Shown: one piece after another, positions 40,301 to 49,280 of the stretch | How the letters are laid out: each line of letters begins with the position of its first letter | How positions within the stretch are numbered: position 1 is the first letter of the stretch | DNA from: an uncultured Alphaproteobacteria bacterium | GTDB lineage: Bacteria > Pseudomonadota > Alphaproteobacteria > Rhizobiales > Xanthobacteraceae | Reading direction: 5' to 3' | Assembly: GCA_963822935.1 (NCBI GenBank) | Contig: CAWGJP010000002.1 | Span: 119,381-183,380 of the forward strand | DNA length: 64,000 nucleotides | The notes under the pieces: generated by a model | What the model was told of the DNA's origin: nothing | Seen by the model: the letters and a program-made list of their open reading frames with translations, nothing else | Databases searched by the model: none | Program-made: the position numbers and the translations under genes

Positions 40301-41084
40301 TCTCGCCGATTTCGCCGGGAATCAGCTCATTGAGCTTTTGCTGTTGGATGAATTTTTGCGCGGCCGGCAGGCGCTGCTCGATCTTCAGCCGCTCTTGGGT
40401 GAAGATGACCGGCGGATGCGCGAGCCGGCCGTACTCGAAGCGCGGCGGGCCGTCGATGCGGTGCCGGCCGCTGTAGACGCCGCGCTTGTTATCTTGGGCG
40501 ACGAATTCGCCGGTGACATGGCAGGCGCGCACCCGCAAATCGAGCATCACCGGGGCGTGGCTTGCCTCGGAAAGCTCAAATCCTTTCTCGACCATGCGCA
40601 CGATGGTCGGCAGGTCTGGGCGCGGGTCGAGCAGCCAGATCGAGGATTTCAAGGCATAGGCATAGGAGCGTTCCTGGATGACGCTGGCGCCCTCGCCATA
40701 ATCCTCGCCGAGCACGATCAGCGCGCCGCCGATGACGCCGGGCGATGCCAGGTTCGACAAAGCGTCGGCCGCGACATTGGTGCCGACGATGGATTTCCAG
40801 GTTACCGCGCCGCGCAGCGGATAGTTGATCGAGGCGCCAAGCATGGCGGCGGCGGCGGCTTCGTTGGTGCAGGTTTCCACATGCACGCCGAGATCGGCCA
40901 ATAGATCCTCGGCATCCACCATGACATCGAGCAAATGCGAGACCGGCGCACCCTGGTAGCCGCCGACATAGCTGACGCCCGACTGCAGCAAAGCCTTGGT
41001 AACGGCGAGAATGCCCTCGCCGCGAAAAATCTCGCCGGCGCCCAGCCGCAGCGCAGCCACTTCCTTCTTGAACGAGCGTTCCAT
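37326..41084 (-). CDS. indolepyruvate ferredoxin oxidoreductase family protein (fused alpha/beta)
   Basis: 1252 aa with an N-terminal TPP-binding 2-oxoacid:ferredoxin oxidoreductase region (GDGGFWHNG) and Cys clusters (CTGCPERP, CVGCGLCGE). The C-terminal IorB-like part has LGGEGGGVLT. Confidence 0.9.
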   Translation of the reverse strand: MERSFKKEVAALRLGAGEIFRGEGILAVTKALLQSGVSYVGGYQGAPVSHLLDVMVDAEDLLADLGVHVETCTNEAAAAAMLGASINYPLRGAVTWKSIVGTNVAADALSNLASPGVIGGALIVLGEDYGEGASVIQERSYAYALKSSIWLLDPRPDLPTIVRMVEKGFELSEASHAPVMLDLRVRACHVTGEFVAQDNKRGVYSGRHRIDGPPRFEYGRLAHPPVIFTQERLKIEQRLPAAQKFIQQQKLNELIPGEIGEIGIIVLGGLTNGLLRALARLDLADLYGVSRVPIYVLNVAYPLVAEEVKNFCAGKRAVLVVEEGSPDYVEQQVNVILRGADIQTRVLGKGCLPRSGDYTSEAFLSGIVAFLLETRPSGIDTDTVSAQVTAIVEHKSNIAAAVGNIPPRPPNFCTGCPERPVFAAIKLAQREIGPTHISADIGCHSFATFAPFSLGNSILGYGMSLASAAAIGPNMKKRTISIMGDGGFWHNGLITGAASNMFNNGDGVLVVMQNGYASATGQQYLPSSKANRSGTPTGITIENTLRSLGVTWLRTVRSYSVAKMATTLKEAMRTAERGLKVIIADGECMLARQRRVRAEDAEKLNRGERVLKTRYGVDDEICTGDHSCIRLSGCPSLTVKPNPDPLRSDPVATVIESCVGCGLCGEVAHAAVLCPSFYRADVVSNPTWWDRALSRVRVHVVGWLADGSNPISSPRLKGREDGNVSRAPAATSLSYSPSRSGQEKSSLRPLTILIAALGGEGGGVLTDWIVAAATSEGFPVQSTSIPGVAQRTGATTYHIELVPTPRSAPDPRPILGLAPGVGDVDLVVASELMEAGRAIASGFVTPERTTTIASTSRSYLTVEKLAMGDGRYDPDRFIAAVEKNSKSALLFDLEAVAKQSGAMINAVMLGSIAGAAALPIPAEAFEAAIRADGKAVAANLRGFRAGYDAAQAGSQRRPEPIKRQSAPSVSLADLERAVADMPEAARVFTTEGVRRLAAYQDLAYARLYLNRLDPIRLADVKSAANGRLLAATARQLAVRMSYEDVIRVAQAKIDPARLDRIARELGIKPEQTFTVTEFLKPGIDEFCSVLPSWLARPILDLAKRHPAFGSVHWGMAVNTASVSGYLRFKLLAALRRFRRKTFRFQEEQQQIEAWLELIARAAVHSPELAIEIAECARLIKGYGDTHKRGSGNYRLIVERVIAPALAGEISLRTAIDAVVSARTAALLDPDGEALAKCLADLASAPVHAIAAE

Positions 41085-41257
41085 CGGTGCTTCCAGACCG
41101 TCGCGTTGAGATCACATATAGCGACTTTTGCAGGAACCTACCAAACGCGCCCTCCTGCCGCGCCATGCGGGATATGACAGCCCTTGGTGTGGCGCGCCGG
41201 CCCGGCTAGGGTGTCGACACAATCGCGCTCACGGCGCCCAGGGATGCAAAAGCGTTA

Positions 41258-42052
41258 ATGGACGGCAAAGGCCAGATCGTCATCGAGCGGGTGAACCACA
41301 CCTACCGCCCGCCGCGCGGGCGAAGCGTACTCGCGCTGTCCGACGTGTCGCTTGAAGTGCGGCCGCGCGAGTTTTTGGCGATTCTCGGCCCTTCGGGCTG
41401 CGGAAAATCGACGCTGCTTTATCTCGTGGGCGGGTTCCTGCCGACAGAGGCCGGCCGCATCGTGGTCGAGGGCAAAACGGTCACTGCGCCCGGACCGGAT
41501 CGCGGCATCGTATTCCAGCATTTTGCCCTGTTTCCGTGGAAAACCGTGCGCACCAATATTCTTTACGGTCTGGAACGCCAGCGCTTGCCGCGCCCCGAGC
41601 GGGAGAGGCGAGCGCAAGCTTTCATCGATCTTGTCGGCTTAAGGGGATTCGAAGACAGCTATCCGTCGCAATTGTCCGGCGGCATGCGCCAGCGTACCGC
41701 AATTGCACGCACGCTTGCCTTCGATCCTAGCATTTTGCTGATGGACGAGCCCTTCGGTGCGCTCGACGCGCAGACACGCTCGCTGATGCAGACCGAGCTC
41801 CTCAATATCTGGAAGCGGACGCCCAAGACCGTCATCTTTGTCACCCACGACGTGCAGGAGGCGGTTTATCTCGCCGAACGCGTGGTCGTCATGTCGGCAC
41901 GGCCGGGATGCATCAAGAAAATCGTCGAGACCAAATTCGCCAATCGCGATCCCAGCATCCTGCGCACCAAGGAATTCGTGGAAAAAGTCGACGAAATCTG
42001 GAATCTGGTACGCGACGAGGCGATCAAGGCGCAAGAAGTCAAAGTAAGCTGA
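41258..42052 (+). CDS. ABC transporter ATP-binding protein (NitT/TauT-type)
   Basis: [28 protein letters not shown]. Confidence 0.9.
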   Translation: MDGKGQIVIERVNHTYRPPRGRSVLALSDVSLEVRPREFLAILGPSGCGKSTLLYLVGGFLPTEAGRIVVEGKTVTAPGPDRGIVFQHFALFPWKTVRTNILYGLERQRLPRPERERRAQAFIDLVGLRGFEDSYPSQLSGGMRQRTAIARTLAFDPSILLMDEPFGALDAQTRSLMQTELLNIWKRTPKTVIFVTHDVQEAVYLAERVVVMSARPGCIKKIVETKFANRDPSILRTKEFVEKVDEIWNLVRDEAIKAQEVKVS

Positions 42053-42076
42053 CAAAGGCGCGCTGACGAGGCCGGT

Positions 42077-42832
42077 TTGATGAAAGCGATCACGCAAGCC
42101 AGTTTGCGTTACCTGCCGCTACTGCTCCTGGCGATCGGCTGGGAGGTGACGGCGCGGCTTAATTTGATCGACAGCCAGGCGCTGCCGCCGCTCACCCACG
42201 TCGCGACCGCGTGGGTCGATCTCGTTCGCGATGGCGAGCTGGTCGACAACGGTGCGGCTTCGCTTTATCGCGGCGCCATGGGTCTCCTGTTGGCCATCGC
42301 TGTTGGCGGCGGCCTGGGAATTCTGATGGCGCGCTGGCGGCTGTTGGAGGTGTTCGTCAATCCGCTGGTGGAGCTGTTCTATCCGCTGCCGAAATCGGCG
42401 CTCATTCCGGTCACGGTGCTGTGGCTCGGCTTTGGCGACGGTTCAAAAATCCTGCTCATCTTTCTCGGCTGCATGATCCCGGTCACCATCGGCGCCTATA
42501 ACGGGGCGCGCGGCAGCGACCAGGCGCTGATCTGGTCAGCGCGCAGCATGGGCGCCGGACGACTTCGCCTGCTGTGGGACGTCGTCGTGCCGAGCGCGCT
42601 GCCGGAATTGCTTAACGGCGTCCGCACCGCGCTCGCTTTGGCCTTCATCCTGCTGGTGAGTTCCGAATTGATCGTCTCGCAGCAGGGCTTCGGCTATCTG
42701 ATCGGTTACCTCGGATCGACCGGCGCTTACGAAGGCATGTATGCGGTGGTGCTCACCGTCGCGTTCCTCGGCTTTGCCGCGGACCGGCTTTATCAACTTC
42801 TCATGCAATGGTTGCTGCAATGGCGGGAGTAG
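42077..42832 (+). CDS. ABC transporter permease
   Basis: 251 aa with six hydrophobic spans and an EAA-like loop (ARSMGAGRLRLLWDVVVP). Confidence 0.85.
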   Translation: MMKAITQASLRYLPLLLLAIGWEVTARLNLIDSQALPPLTHVATAWVDLVRDGELVDNGAASLYRGAMGLLLAIAVGGGLGILMARWRLLEVFVNPLVELFYPLPKSALIPVTVLWLGFGDGSKILLIFLGCMIPVTIGAYNGARGSDQALIWSARSMGAGRLRLLWDVVVPSALPELLNGVRTALALAFILLVSSELIVSQQGFGYLIGYLGSTGAYEGMYAVVLTVAFLGFAADRLYQLLMQWLLQWRE

Positions 42833-43662
42833 AAGACACCGCCTCGCTGGCGGCCGCGGAAGCCGACGTTACCCACGACGCGGCGCGGCGTCTTGACGTC
42901 GTGTTCCGCGGCGGAGCCGGCATCTTTTCCGTTTTGGTGGTGTTGATTGCCTGGGAGCTTTTCGCCCGCAGCGGCAGAGTGACGGCGTTCATGCTGCCGC
43001 CGTTTTCCGCCGTCGCCGAGCGTATCTACGCCGACGCCGTCAGCGGCGACCTGTGGATCAATCTCGGACTTACGATCGCTCGCGCCATGACCGGCTTCGT
43101 CATCGCCGCCGTGCTCGGTATCGCACTCGGCGCCGCGATGTCACGGAGCCGGCTCGTTCGCTGGTTCTTCGACCCGATTATTTCGGTCGGCTTTCCGATG
43201 CCGAAAATCGCGTTCCTGCCGATCATCATTTTGTGGCTCGGCGTCTACGACGTCTCGAAAATCTCGATTGTCGTGTTCGATGCGATCTTCCCGGTCGTCA
43301 CCGCGACTCTGGCCGGCATCGCAGCGGTCGACAAAGAGCTGATCTGGTCGGCGCTCAATATGGGCGCGAGCGAGCGCGAGGTGATGTGGCAGATCAAGCT
43401 GCCGGCGGCATTGCCGCAAATCATGACCGGGTTGCAGGTGGCGCTGCCGATCTCGCTCATCGTCGCCATCATCGGCGAGATGGTGATGGGGGGCTACGGG
43501 CTGGGCGGCGCCATGATGAGCGCCTCGCGCTTTGCCGATTCGCGCGGCGTATTCGCCGGCATCGTCGAGATCGCGGTTGTCGGCTACGCCCTGATCAAAG
43601 CCATGGCAGTCGTGCGCCGCCGGCTCTTGGTATGGCATCAGGAGACCGCCGAGCACTCGTAA
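42808..43662 (+). CDS. ABC transporter permease (second)
   Basis: 284 aa, paralogous to the preceding permease (ALNMGASEREVMWQIKLP). It overlaps the upstream gene by 25 nt. Confidence 0.85.
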   Translation: MVAAMAGVEDTASLAAAEADVTHDAARRLDVVFRGGAGIFSVLVVLIAWELFARSGRVTAFMLPPFSAVAERIYADAVSGDLWINLGLTIARAMTGFVIAAVLGIALGAAMSRSRLVRWFFDPIISVGFPMPKIAFLPIIILWLGVYDVSKISIVVFDAIFPVVTATLAGIAAVDKELIWSALNMGASEREVMWQIKLPAALPQIMTGLQVALPISLIVAIIGEMVMGGYGLGGAMMSASRFADSRGVFAGIVEIAVVGYALIKAMAVVRRRLLVWHQETAEHS

Positions 43663-43794
43663 TCGTTGCGGCGCCAGTGCGGCAACGGGCAGCAAGCGGA
43701 AGCCTTGCCTTGGATCGCCCTTTGCGCCCACAATCGGGCGAGCCGGCGAATCCGCCGGCAATTTGCAGACAAAACTGCAGTCCTTGGGAGATCA

Positions 43795-44799
43795 ATGAGA
43801 ATGCGTGGGAAGATTGGATTGGCGAGCATTGCGCTTTTTCTGTTGAGCGTCAGCCTGGCGCAAGCCGATCCGCTGCAAATTCGCGGCGCCTGGGTCGCGC
43901 CGGTCGCCAACTGGTTTTCGATTTGGCTGCAAAAGAAGGACCTCGCTCATCATTTCGGTCAGTCCTACACGTTCGAGGCGACGCATTACGCCGGCACGCC
44001 GCCGATGATCACCGCGATCGCCAATAACGAGCTGGAGATCGGCGATCTTGCCTATTCGACATTGCCGATCGCGATCGCGAACGCGGGCATGGACGACATC
44101 CGGGTGATCGCCGACGAATTCCAGGACGGCGTTCCCGGCAATCGCGACGACGAGTATGAGGTCCTGGCCGACGGACCGATCAAAAAAGTAGAGGACCTCA
44201 AGGGCAAGATCGTTGCAACGAATGCGATCGGCAGCGGCGTCGACGTCGCCATGCGCGCGATGCTGCGCAAGCACGGGCTCGAAGCCAACCGCGACTACAC
44301 CATCGTCGAAGCGCCGTTTCCGGCGATGAAGGCGATGCTGGCGGAAAAGAAGGTCGATCTGATTCCCACCGTGCTGCCGTTTGCGCTCGATCCGGAGCTC
44401 AAGAAGATCGCGCGGCCGCTATTCACGGTCCACGATGCGATCGGCTTATCCCAGTTCATTGTCTGGACCGCGCGCAAGCCGTACATCGAGGCGCACCGTG
44501 CCGCGCTGGTCGATTTTCTCGAAGATTCAATGCGTATCGAGCGCTGGTATCTCGACCCAAAAAATCACGACACCGCGGCGCAGATCGCTTCCCAGCTCAC
44601 CAAACAGCCGCCGGAGCGTTTCGGCTGGCTGTTCACCAAGACCGACTATTACCGCGATCCGAATATGATGCCGAACCTCGATGCGATGCAGAAGAACGTC
44701 GACATGACCAAGGATCTTGGCTTCGTCAAATCAAGCTTCGACGTCAAAGCGCATTCCGACCTCAGCCTGATCGAGGAGGCGGCAAAGCGCTTGCAGTAG
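43795..44799 (+). CDS. ABC transporter substrate-binding protein (NMT1/SsuA-like), copy 1
   Basis: ATG at 43795 after GGGAGA. Signal peptide GLASIALFLLSVSLAQA. Confidence 0.8.
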   Translation: MRMRGKIGLASIALFLLSVSLAQADPLQIRGAWVAPVANWFSIWLQKKDLAHHFGQSYTFEATHYAGTPPMITAIANNELEIGDLAYSTLPIAIANAGMDDIRVIADEFQDGVPGNRDDEYEVLADGPIKKVEDLKGKIVATNAIGSGVDVAMRAMLRKHGLEANRDYTIVEAPFPAMKAMLAEKKVDLIPTVLPFALDPELKKIARPLFTVHDAIGLSQFIVWTARKPYIEAHRAALVDFLEDSMRIERWYLDPKNHDTAAQIASQLTKQPPERFGWLFTKTDYYRDPNMMPNLDAMQKNVDMTKDLGFVKSSFDVKAHSDLSLIEEAAKRLQ

Positions 44800-44853
44800 T
44801 ACTTTCGCAGAATGAGGTGCCGGCCAACGGCGCCCATATCACCTTGGGAGGGA

Positions 44854-45876
44854 ATGATGTGCGCCACCAAACGTGCCACGATGCTTGCGTGGGCCGGGCT
44901 GTGCAGCCTGGCCCTGGTTTTGACTTGTGTCGGGTCCGCCAAATCCGACCCCATCCACATCCGCGAAGCTTGGGTTGCGCCGGGCAATTGGGCGTCGATC
45001 TGGCTGCAGAAGAAGGACCTCGCCAAGCATCTAGGTCAGTCCTACGTGATGGACCCGGTACATTTCGTCGGCACGCCGCCGATGATCACGGCGATGGCCA
45101 ACAACGAGGTTGAAGTCGCCAATCTTGCCTATTCGACGCTCGGCATCGCCGTTGAGAACGCCGGCTTGGACGACATGCGCGTGATCAGCGACGAATTCCA
45201 GGACGGCGTGCCCGGTTATTATTCGCAGGAATTCATGGTGCTCAAGGACAGCCCGATTAAAAAGGTCGAGGACCTCAAGGGCAAAATCGTCGCCACTAAT
45301 GCCGAAGGCAGCGCCGTCGACGTCGCGATGAAGGCCATGTTGCACAAGCACGGACTCGAGCCCAATCGCGATTACACCATCGTCGAAGCGCCGTTTCCGG
45401 CGATGAGGTCAATGCTTGCGGAGCACAAGGTCGATCTGATTCCCGCCGTGCTGCCGTTTTCGTACAATCCGGAACTGCAGAAAATCGCCCGGGATCTGTT
45501 CGTGCAGAAGGACGGCATCGGCGTCGCCGACATGGTGGTGTGGGCCGCGCGCAAGCCGTTCATCGACGCGCATCGCGCCGCGCTGGTCGATTTTCTCGAA
45601 GACACGCTGCGTATCACGCGATGGTACGAAGATCCGGCGAACCATCAGGCCGCCATGGATATCCTTGGCGCACTGGTCAAGCAACCGCCGCAGATCTTCG
45701 ACTGGGCATTCACCAAGCGGGACGTCTATCACGACCCGAATTTGCTGCCGAACCTCGGCGCCCTGCAAAAGAACATCGACATGACTCACAATCTCGGCTT
45801 CATCAAATCGAGCTTCGACGTGAAGAAATATTCCGACCTCAGCATGATCGAGGAAGCGGCGAAGCGGCTGAAGTAG
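44854..45876 (+). CDS. ABC transporter substrate-binding protein (NMT1/SsuA-like), copy 2 (tandem paralogue)
   Basis: ATG at 44854/44857 after GGGAGGG. Signal peptide LAWAGLCSLALVLTCVGSA. Long identical runs with copy 1 (IKKVEDLKGKIVATNA, NRDYTIVEAPFPAM). Confidence 0.8.
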   Translation: MMCATKRATMLAWAGLCSLALVLTCVGSAKSDPIHIREAWVAPGNWASIWLQKKDLAKHLGQSYVMDPVHFVGTPPMITAMANNEVEVANLAYSTLGIAVENAGLDDMRVISDEFQDGVPGYYSQEFMVLKDSPIKKVEDLKGKIVATNAEGSAVDVAMKAMLHKHGLEPNRDYTIVEAPFPAMRSMLAEHKVDLIPAVLPFSYNPELQKIARDLFVQKDGIGVADMVVWAARKPFIDAHRAALVDFLEDTLRITRWYEDPANHQAAMDILGALVKQPPQIFDWAFTKRDVYHDPNLLPNLGALQKNIDMTHNLGFIKSSFDVKKYSDLSMIEEAAKRLK

Positions 45877-45897
45877 AATTCACGAACGTTAGGCGAC

Positions 45898-45928
45898 GGG
45901 GCGCCCCTGCGGGGCGCCCTTTGCGTTT
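45898..45928 (+). terminator. rho-independent terminator after the second binding-protein gene
   Basis: GGGCGCCCC-tgc-GGGGCGCCC (9-bp GC stem, 3-nt loop) followed by TTTGCGTTT. Confidence 0.6.
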
Positions 45929-47357
45929 AGAGCACCAGCACGTTGGTGAACTGCCACGGATCGCGCTTATCAAGCGCTTCCGGGAACAGGCCGGGCCGAT
46001 CGGTGATTGGAGTCCAATCGGTATAAGCGCCGATCACCGGCCCGAGATACGGCGTCTGCACTTCCAGGCAGCGGCGGAAATCCATTTCGTCGGCTTCGAC
46101 GATGCCGGCCTTCGGGTTCTCAACGGCCCAGACCATGCCGGCGAGGACGGCGGAGGTCACCTGCAAGCCGGTGGCGTTCTGATAGGGCGCGATGTCGCGG
46201 GTCTCGTCGATCGAAAGCTGCGAGCCGTACCAATAGGCGTTCTTCTTGTGGCCGTAGAGCAGCACGCCGAGCTCGTCGATGCCGTCGGCAATCTCGTGCT
46301 CGTCCAAAATGTGAATGGCCGGCTGCCGTTTGCCGGCCTGACCGAACAGCTCGTGCAAGGAGAGCACCGCGTCATTGCAGGGATGATAGGCATAGTGACA
46401 GGTCGGCCGATAAACGACTTTGCGGCCGGCGCGCAGCGTGAAGTAATCCGAAATCGAGATGGATTCGTTGTGCGTGACGAGGAAGCCGTATTGCGCCTTG
46501 GCCGTCGGCGTCCATGAGCGCACCCGCGTGTTGGCGCCGGGCTGGGTCAGATAGATCGCCGCCTGGCAGCCGGTCTTATGCTTAAAGCCGTTCTTGGGCA
46601 GCTTCTTTTCATGCGTACCCCAGCCGAGCTCGGCCGGTTGCATGCCTTCCGAGAGAAAGCCCTCGACCGACCAGGTGTTGACGAAGACTTCGATCGGCTT
46701 CGGTTTGATCGCGCACTGGGTGTCGCGCTCGGCGATGTGGATGCCTTTGACGCCGGCCTTCTTGGCGAGCCTGCCCCACTCCTCGCGCGTCTTCGGCCCC
46801 TTGAACTTCAGCTTGAGGTCGCCGGCGATATTGAGCAGAGCCTGCTTGACGAACCACGACACCATCCCGGGATTGGCGCCGCAGCACGACACCGCCGTGG
46901 TGCCGCCGGGCCTCTTGCGGCGCGCCGCCAGCACGGTTTCACGCAGCGCATAGTTCGAACGCGCTTCCGGGCCGAGCTTTGAATCAAAGTAAAACCCAGG
47001 CCAGGGTTCGACCACGGTGTCGATGTAAAGGACTCCGATCTCGCGGCAGAACTCCATGATGTCGACCGACGAGGTGTCGACCGAAAGATTGACGCAAAAG
47101 CCCTGGCCGTTGCCGTCTTTGAGCAAAGGTCCGAGAAGTTTGCGGTAGTTGTCGCGCGTGACCGCCTGGTGAATGAAACGGATGCCCCGGTCGTCCAACA
47201 GCTTGCGGTCCTTGTCCTCGGGATCGATGACCACGAAACGCGATTTGTCATAATCGAAATGACGCTCGATCAAAGGCAGCGTGCCTTTGCCGATCGAGCC
47301 AAAACCGATCATGACAACGGGACCGGTGATGCGGGCGTGAACGGGCCATTCGGTCAT
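45927..47357 (-). CDS. hss: homospermidine synthase
   Basis: MTEWPVHARITGPVVMIGFGSIGKGTLPLIERHF... and later SCCGANPGMVSWFVKQAL and TCHYAYHPCNDAVLSLHE closely resemble bacterial HSS as I recall it. GGAGG SD before the ATG at 47357. Confidence 0.9.
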   Translation of the reverse strand: MTEWPVHARITGPVVMIGFGSIGKGTLPLIERHFDYDKSRFVVIDPEDKDRKLLDDRGIRFIHQAVTRDNYRKLLGPLLKDGNGQGFCVNLSVDTSSVDIMEFCREIGVLYIDTVVEPWPGFYFDSKLGPEARSNYALRETVLAARRKRPGGTTAVSCCGANPGMVSWFVKQALLNIAGDLKLKFKGPKTREEWGRLAKKAGVKGIHIAERDTQCAIKPKPIEVFVNTWSVEGFLSEGMQPAELGWGTHEKKLPKNGFKHKTGCQAAIYLTQPGANTRVRSWTPTAKAQYGFLVTHNESISISDYFTLRAGRKVVYRPTCHYAYHPCNDAVLSLHELFGQAGKRQPAIHILDEHEIADGIDELGVLLYGHKKNAYWYGSQLSIDETRDIAPYQNATGLQVTSAVLAGMVWAVENPKAGIVEADEMDFRRCLEVQTPYLGPVIGAYTDWTPITDRPGLFPEALDKRDPWQFTNVLVL

Positions 47358-47468
47358 AGTCCAAAACCTCCAACGGCAATCTTGCGGTGATATCCGTGGC
47401 AATGCGGAAACGGAAGAGATGCCCCGGATTTTTGTCCGCGGCGTCCCCGATTTTTTGATGTTTTGCGG

Positions 47469-48047
47469 CTAGGCCGCGCGAACGCGCCGGACGTGAGCGC
47501 TTTGGGTGCGCCGATCTTCCGCCACCAGGGTGGCGAGATCGGGTGCCGGCGCCAGCGGGCCAGCAGCGCCGATCAAACCGCGCGCACCGTCGAGAGCGCC
47601 GGGCCTGAGTTCGAGTGCGAGCAGCCGGTCGCGATCGTGACCGCCGGGCATCCATAGAGTGCCGGTCAACGCGGCGGAAAACCCGAAGCGGCCATAATAT
47701 GCCGCATCGCCAATCAGAAGAATAACGCGGTGGCCGGCAACGCGCCCCCGCGCGATAGCGCGACGGATCAGCGTGGCGCCGATGCCGCGATTGCGATGGG
47801 ACGGATGAACGGCCAACGGCCCGAGCAGCACGGCGGCACGCCCAGGCCCGGCGCTGACATTCCACAGCCGGACGGTACCGACGAGACGGCCGTGTTCGAC
47901 CGCGACCAGCGACAAGCCGGTCGCCGGCAAACGTCCCTCGCGCAGCCGCTCGGACGCCTTGGCAAAACGCGTCGAGCCATAGGCCTCGTCCAGCAAGGCC
48001 TCGCGCGCGGCGACGTCAGCGATCTTCTCTTCCCGGATGCTCACCAT
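47469..48047 (-). CDS. GNAT family N-acetyltransferase
   Basis: 192 aa from the ATG at 48047 (AGGAG SD). LAVHPSHRNRGIGATLIRRAI is an acetyl-CoA binding motif. Confidence 0.8.
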   Translation of the reverse strand: MVSIREEKIADVAAREALLDEAYGSTRFAKASERLREGRLPATGLSLVAVEHGRLVGTVRLWNVSAGPGRAAVLLGPLAVHPSHRNRGIGATLIRRAIARGRVAGHRVILLIGDAAYYGRFGFSAALTGTLWMPGGHDRDRLLALELRPGALDGARGLIGAAGPLAPAPDLATLVAEDRRTQSAHVRRVRAA

Positions 48048-48095
48048 GATCCGCTCCTGTTGAGGCGTTGCGCTCCGGTGCCCCCTCCCTTCCCT

Positions 48096-48111
48096 CCCCC
48101 GCAAGCGGGGG
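48096..48111. repeat. REP-type hairpin CCCCCG-caag-CGGGGG inside the odc-GNAT intergenic spacer
   Basis: Seen directly, with C/G-rich flanks. It translates as ..PLAGEGREG.. in a spurious frame. Confidence 0.4.
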
Positions 48112-48137
48112 GTTGGGGTGGGGCGGAGCAAGAGGGG

Positions 48138-49280
48138 TCAGATGTGGAAGGTCTGCAGCGGCTGGAAGCCGTTGAAGGCCACCGCTGCGTAGGTCGCGGT
48201 ATAGGCGCCGGTGCCTTCGATCAGCACCTTGTCGCCGATCTCGAGGCTGATCGGCAGATCGTAAGGCCGCTTCTCGTACAGCACGTCGGCACTGTCGCAG
48301 GTCGGGCCGGCGAGCACGCAAGGGCCGACCTCACCGCCGTCGTGCGGCGTCCTGATCGGGTAGCGGATCGACTCGCCCATGGTTTCGGCCAAGCCGCCGA
48401 ATTTGCCGATGTCGAGATAGACCCACCGGACATGATCGTGCTCGCTCTTGTTCGAAACCAGCACGACTTCGGCCTCGATCACGCCGGCATTGCCGACCAT
48501 GCCGCGGCCCGGCTCGATGATCGTCTCCGGGATGGCGTTGCCGAAATGCTTGCGCAAGGCGCGGAAGATCGAACGGCCATAAGCCTCGACCGCAGGCACG
48601 TCACGCAGGTACTTGGTCGGAAAGCCGCCGCCGAGATTGACCATCGACAGGTTGATGCCGCGGTCGGCGCAGGCGCGAAAGATCGCCGAAGCCGACTTCA
48701 AGGCTTCGTCCCATGCCGCGGTGCGGCGCTGCTGCGAGCCGACGTGAAACGACACGCCGGCCGCCTCGAGCCCGAGCTTGTGCGCATGCTCGAGCACCTC
48801 GACCGCCATCTCAGGATCGCAGCCGAACTTCCGCGACAGCGGCCATTCCGCGCCGGCGCAGCCGAACAGGAAGCGGCAGAACACCTTGGCGCCGGGTGCG
48901 GCGCGGGCGATCTTTTCCACCTCGGCCTTGCAGTCGACCGTGAACAGGCGGACGCCGAGCGCAAACGCGCGCGCGACGTCACGCTCCTTCTTGATGGTAT
49001 TGCCGAAGGAGATGCGCTCGGCGGTGGCGCCGGCGGCGAGCACCATCTCGATCTCGGCGACCGAGGCGGTGTCGAAGCAGGAACCGAGCGAAACCAGAAG
49101 CGACAGCAGTTCGGGCGCCGGGTTCGCCTTGACGGCATAAAACACCCGGCTGTCCGGCAACGCCTTGGCAAAGGCGCCGTAGTTGTCGCGCACGACGTCG
49201 AGATCAACGACGAGGCAAGGACCATCGTCCAGCCCCTCGTCGCGGCGGCGACGCAGAAAGTCTTGGATGCGCTCGGTCAT
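48138..49280 (-). CDS. ornithine (or ornithine/lysine) decarboxylase, alanine-racemase-fold PLP enzyme
   Basis: 380 aa with FYAVKANP (PLP Lys), HVGSQ, GGGFP and a C-terminal AGPTCDSAD. Confidence 0.9.
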   Translation of the reverse strand: MTERIQDFLRRRRDEGLDDGPCLVVDLDVVRDNYGAFAKALPDSRVFYAVKANPAPELLSLLVSLGSCFDTASVAEIEMVLAAGATAERISFGNTIKKERDVARAFALGVRLFTVDCKAEVEKIARAAPGAKVFCRFLFGCAGAEWPLSRKFGCDPEMAVEVLEHAHKLGLEAAGVSFHVGSQQRRTAAWDEALKSASAIFRACADRGINLSMVNLGGGFPTKYLRDVPAVEAYGRSIFRALRKHFGNAIPETIIEPGRGMVGNAGVIEAEVVLVSNKSEHDHVRWVYLDIGKFGGLAETMGESIRYPIRTPHDGGEVGPCVLAGPTCDSADVLYEKRPYDLPISLEIGDKVLIEGTGAYTATYAAVAFNGFQPLQTFHI

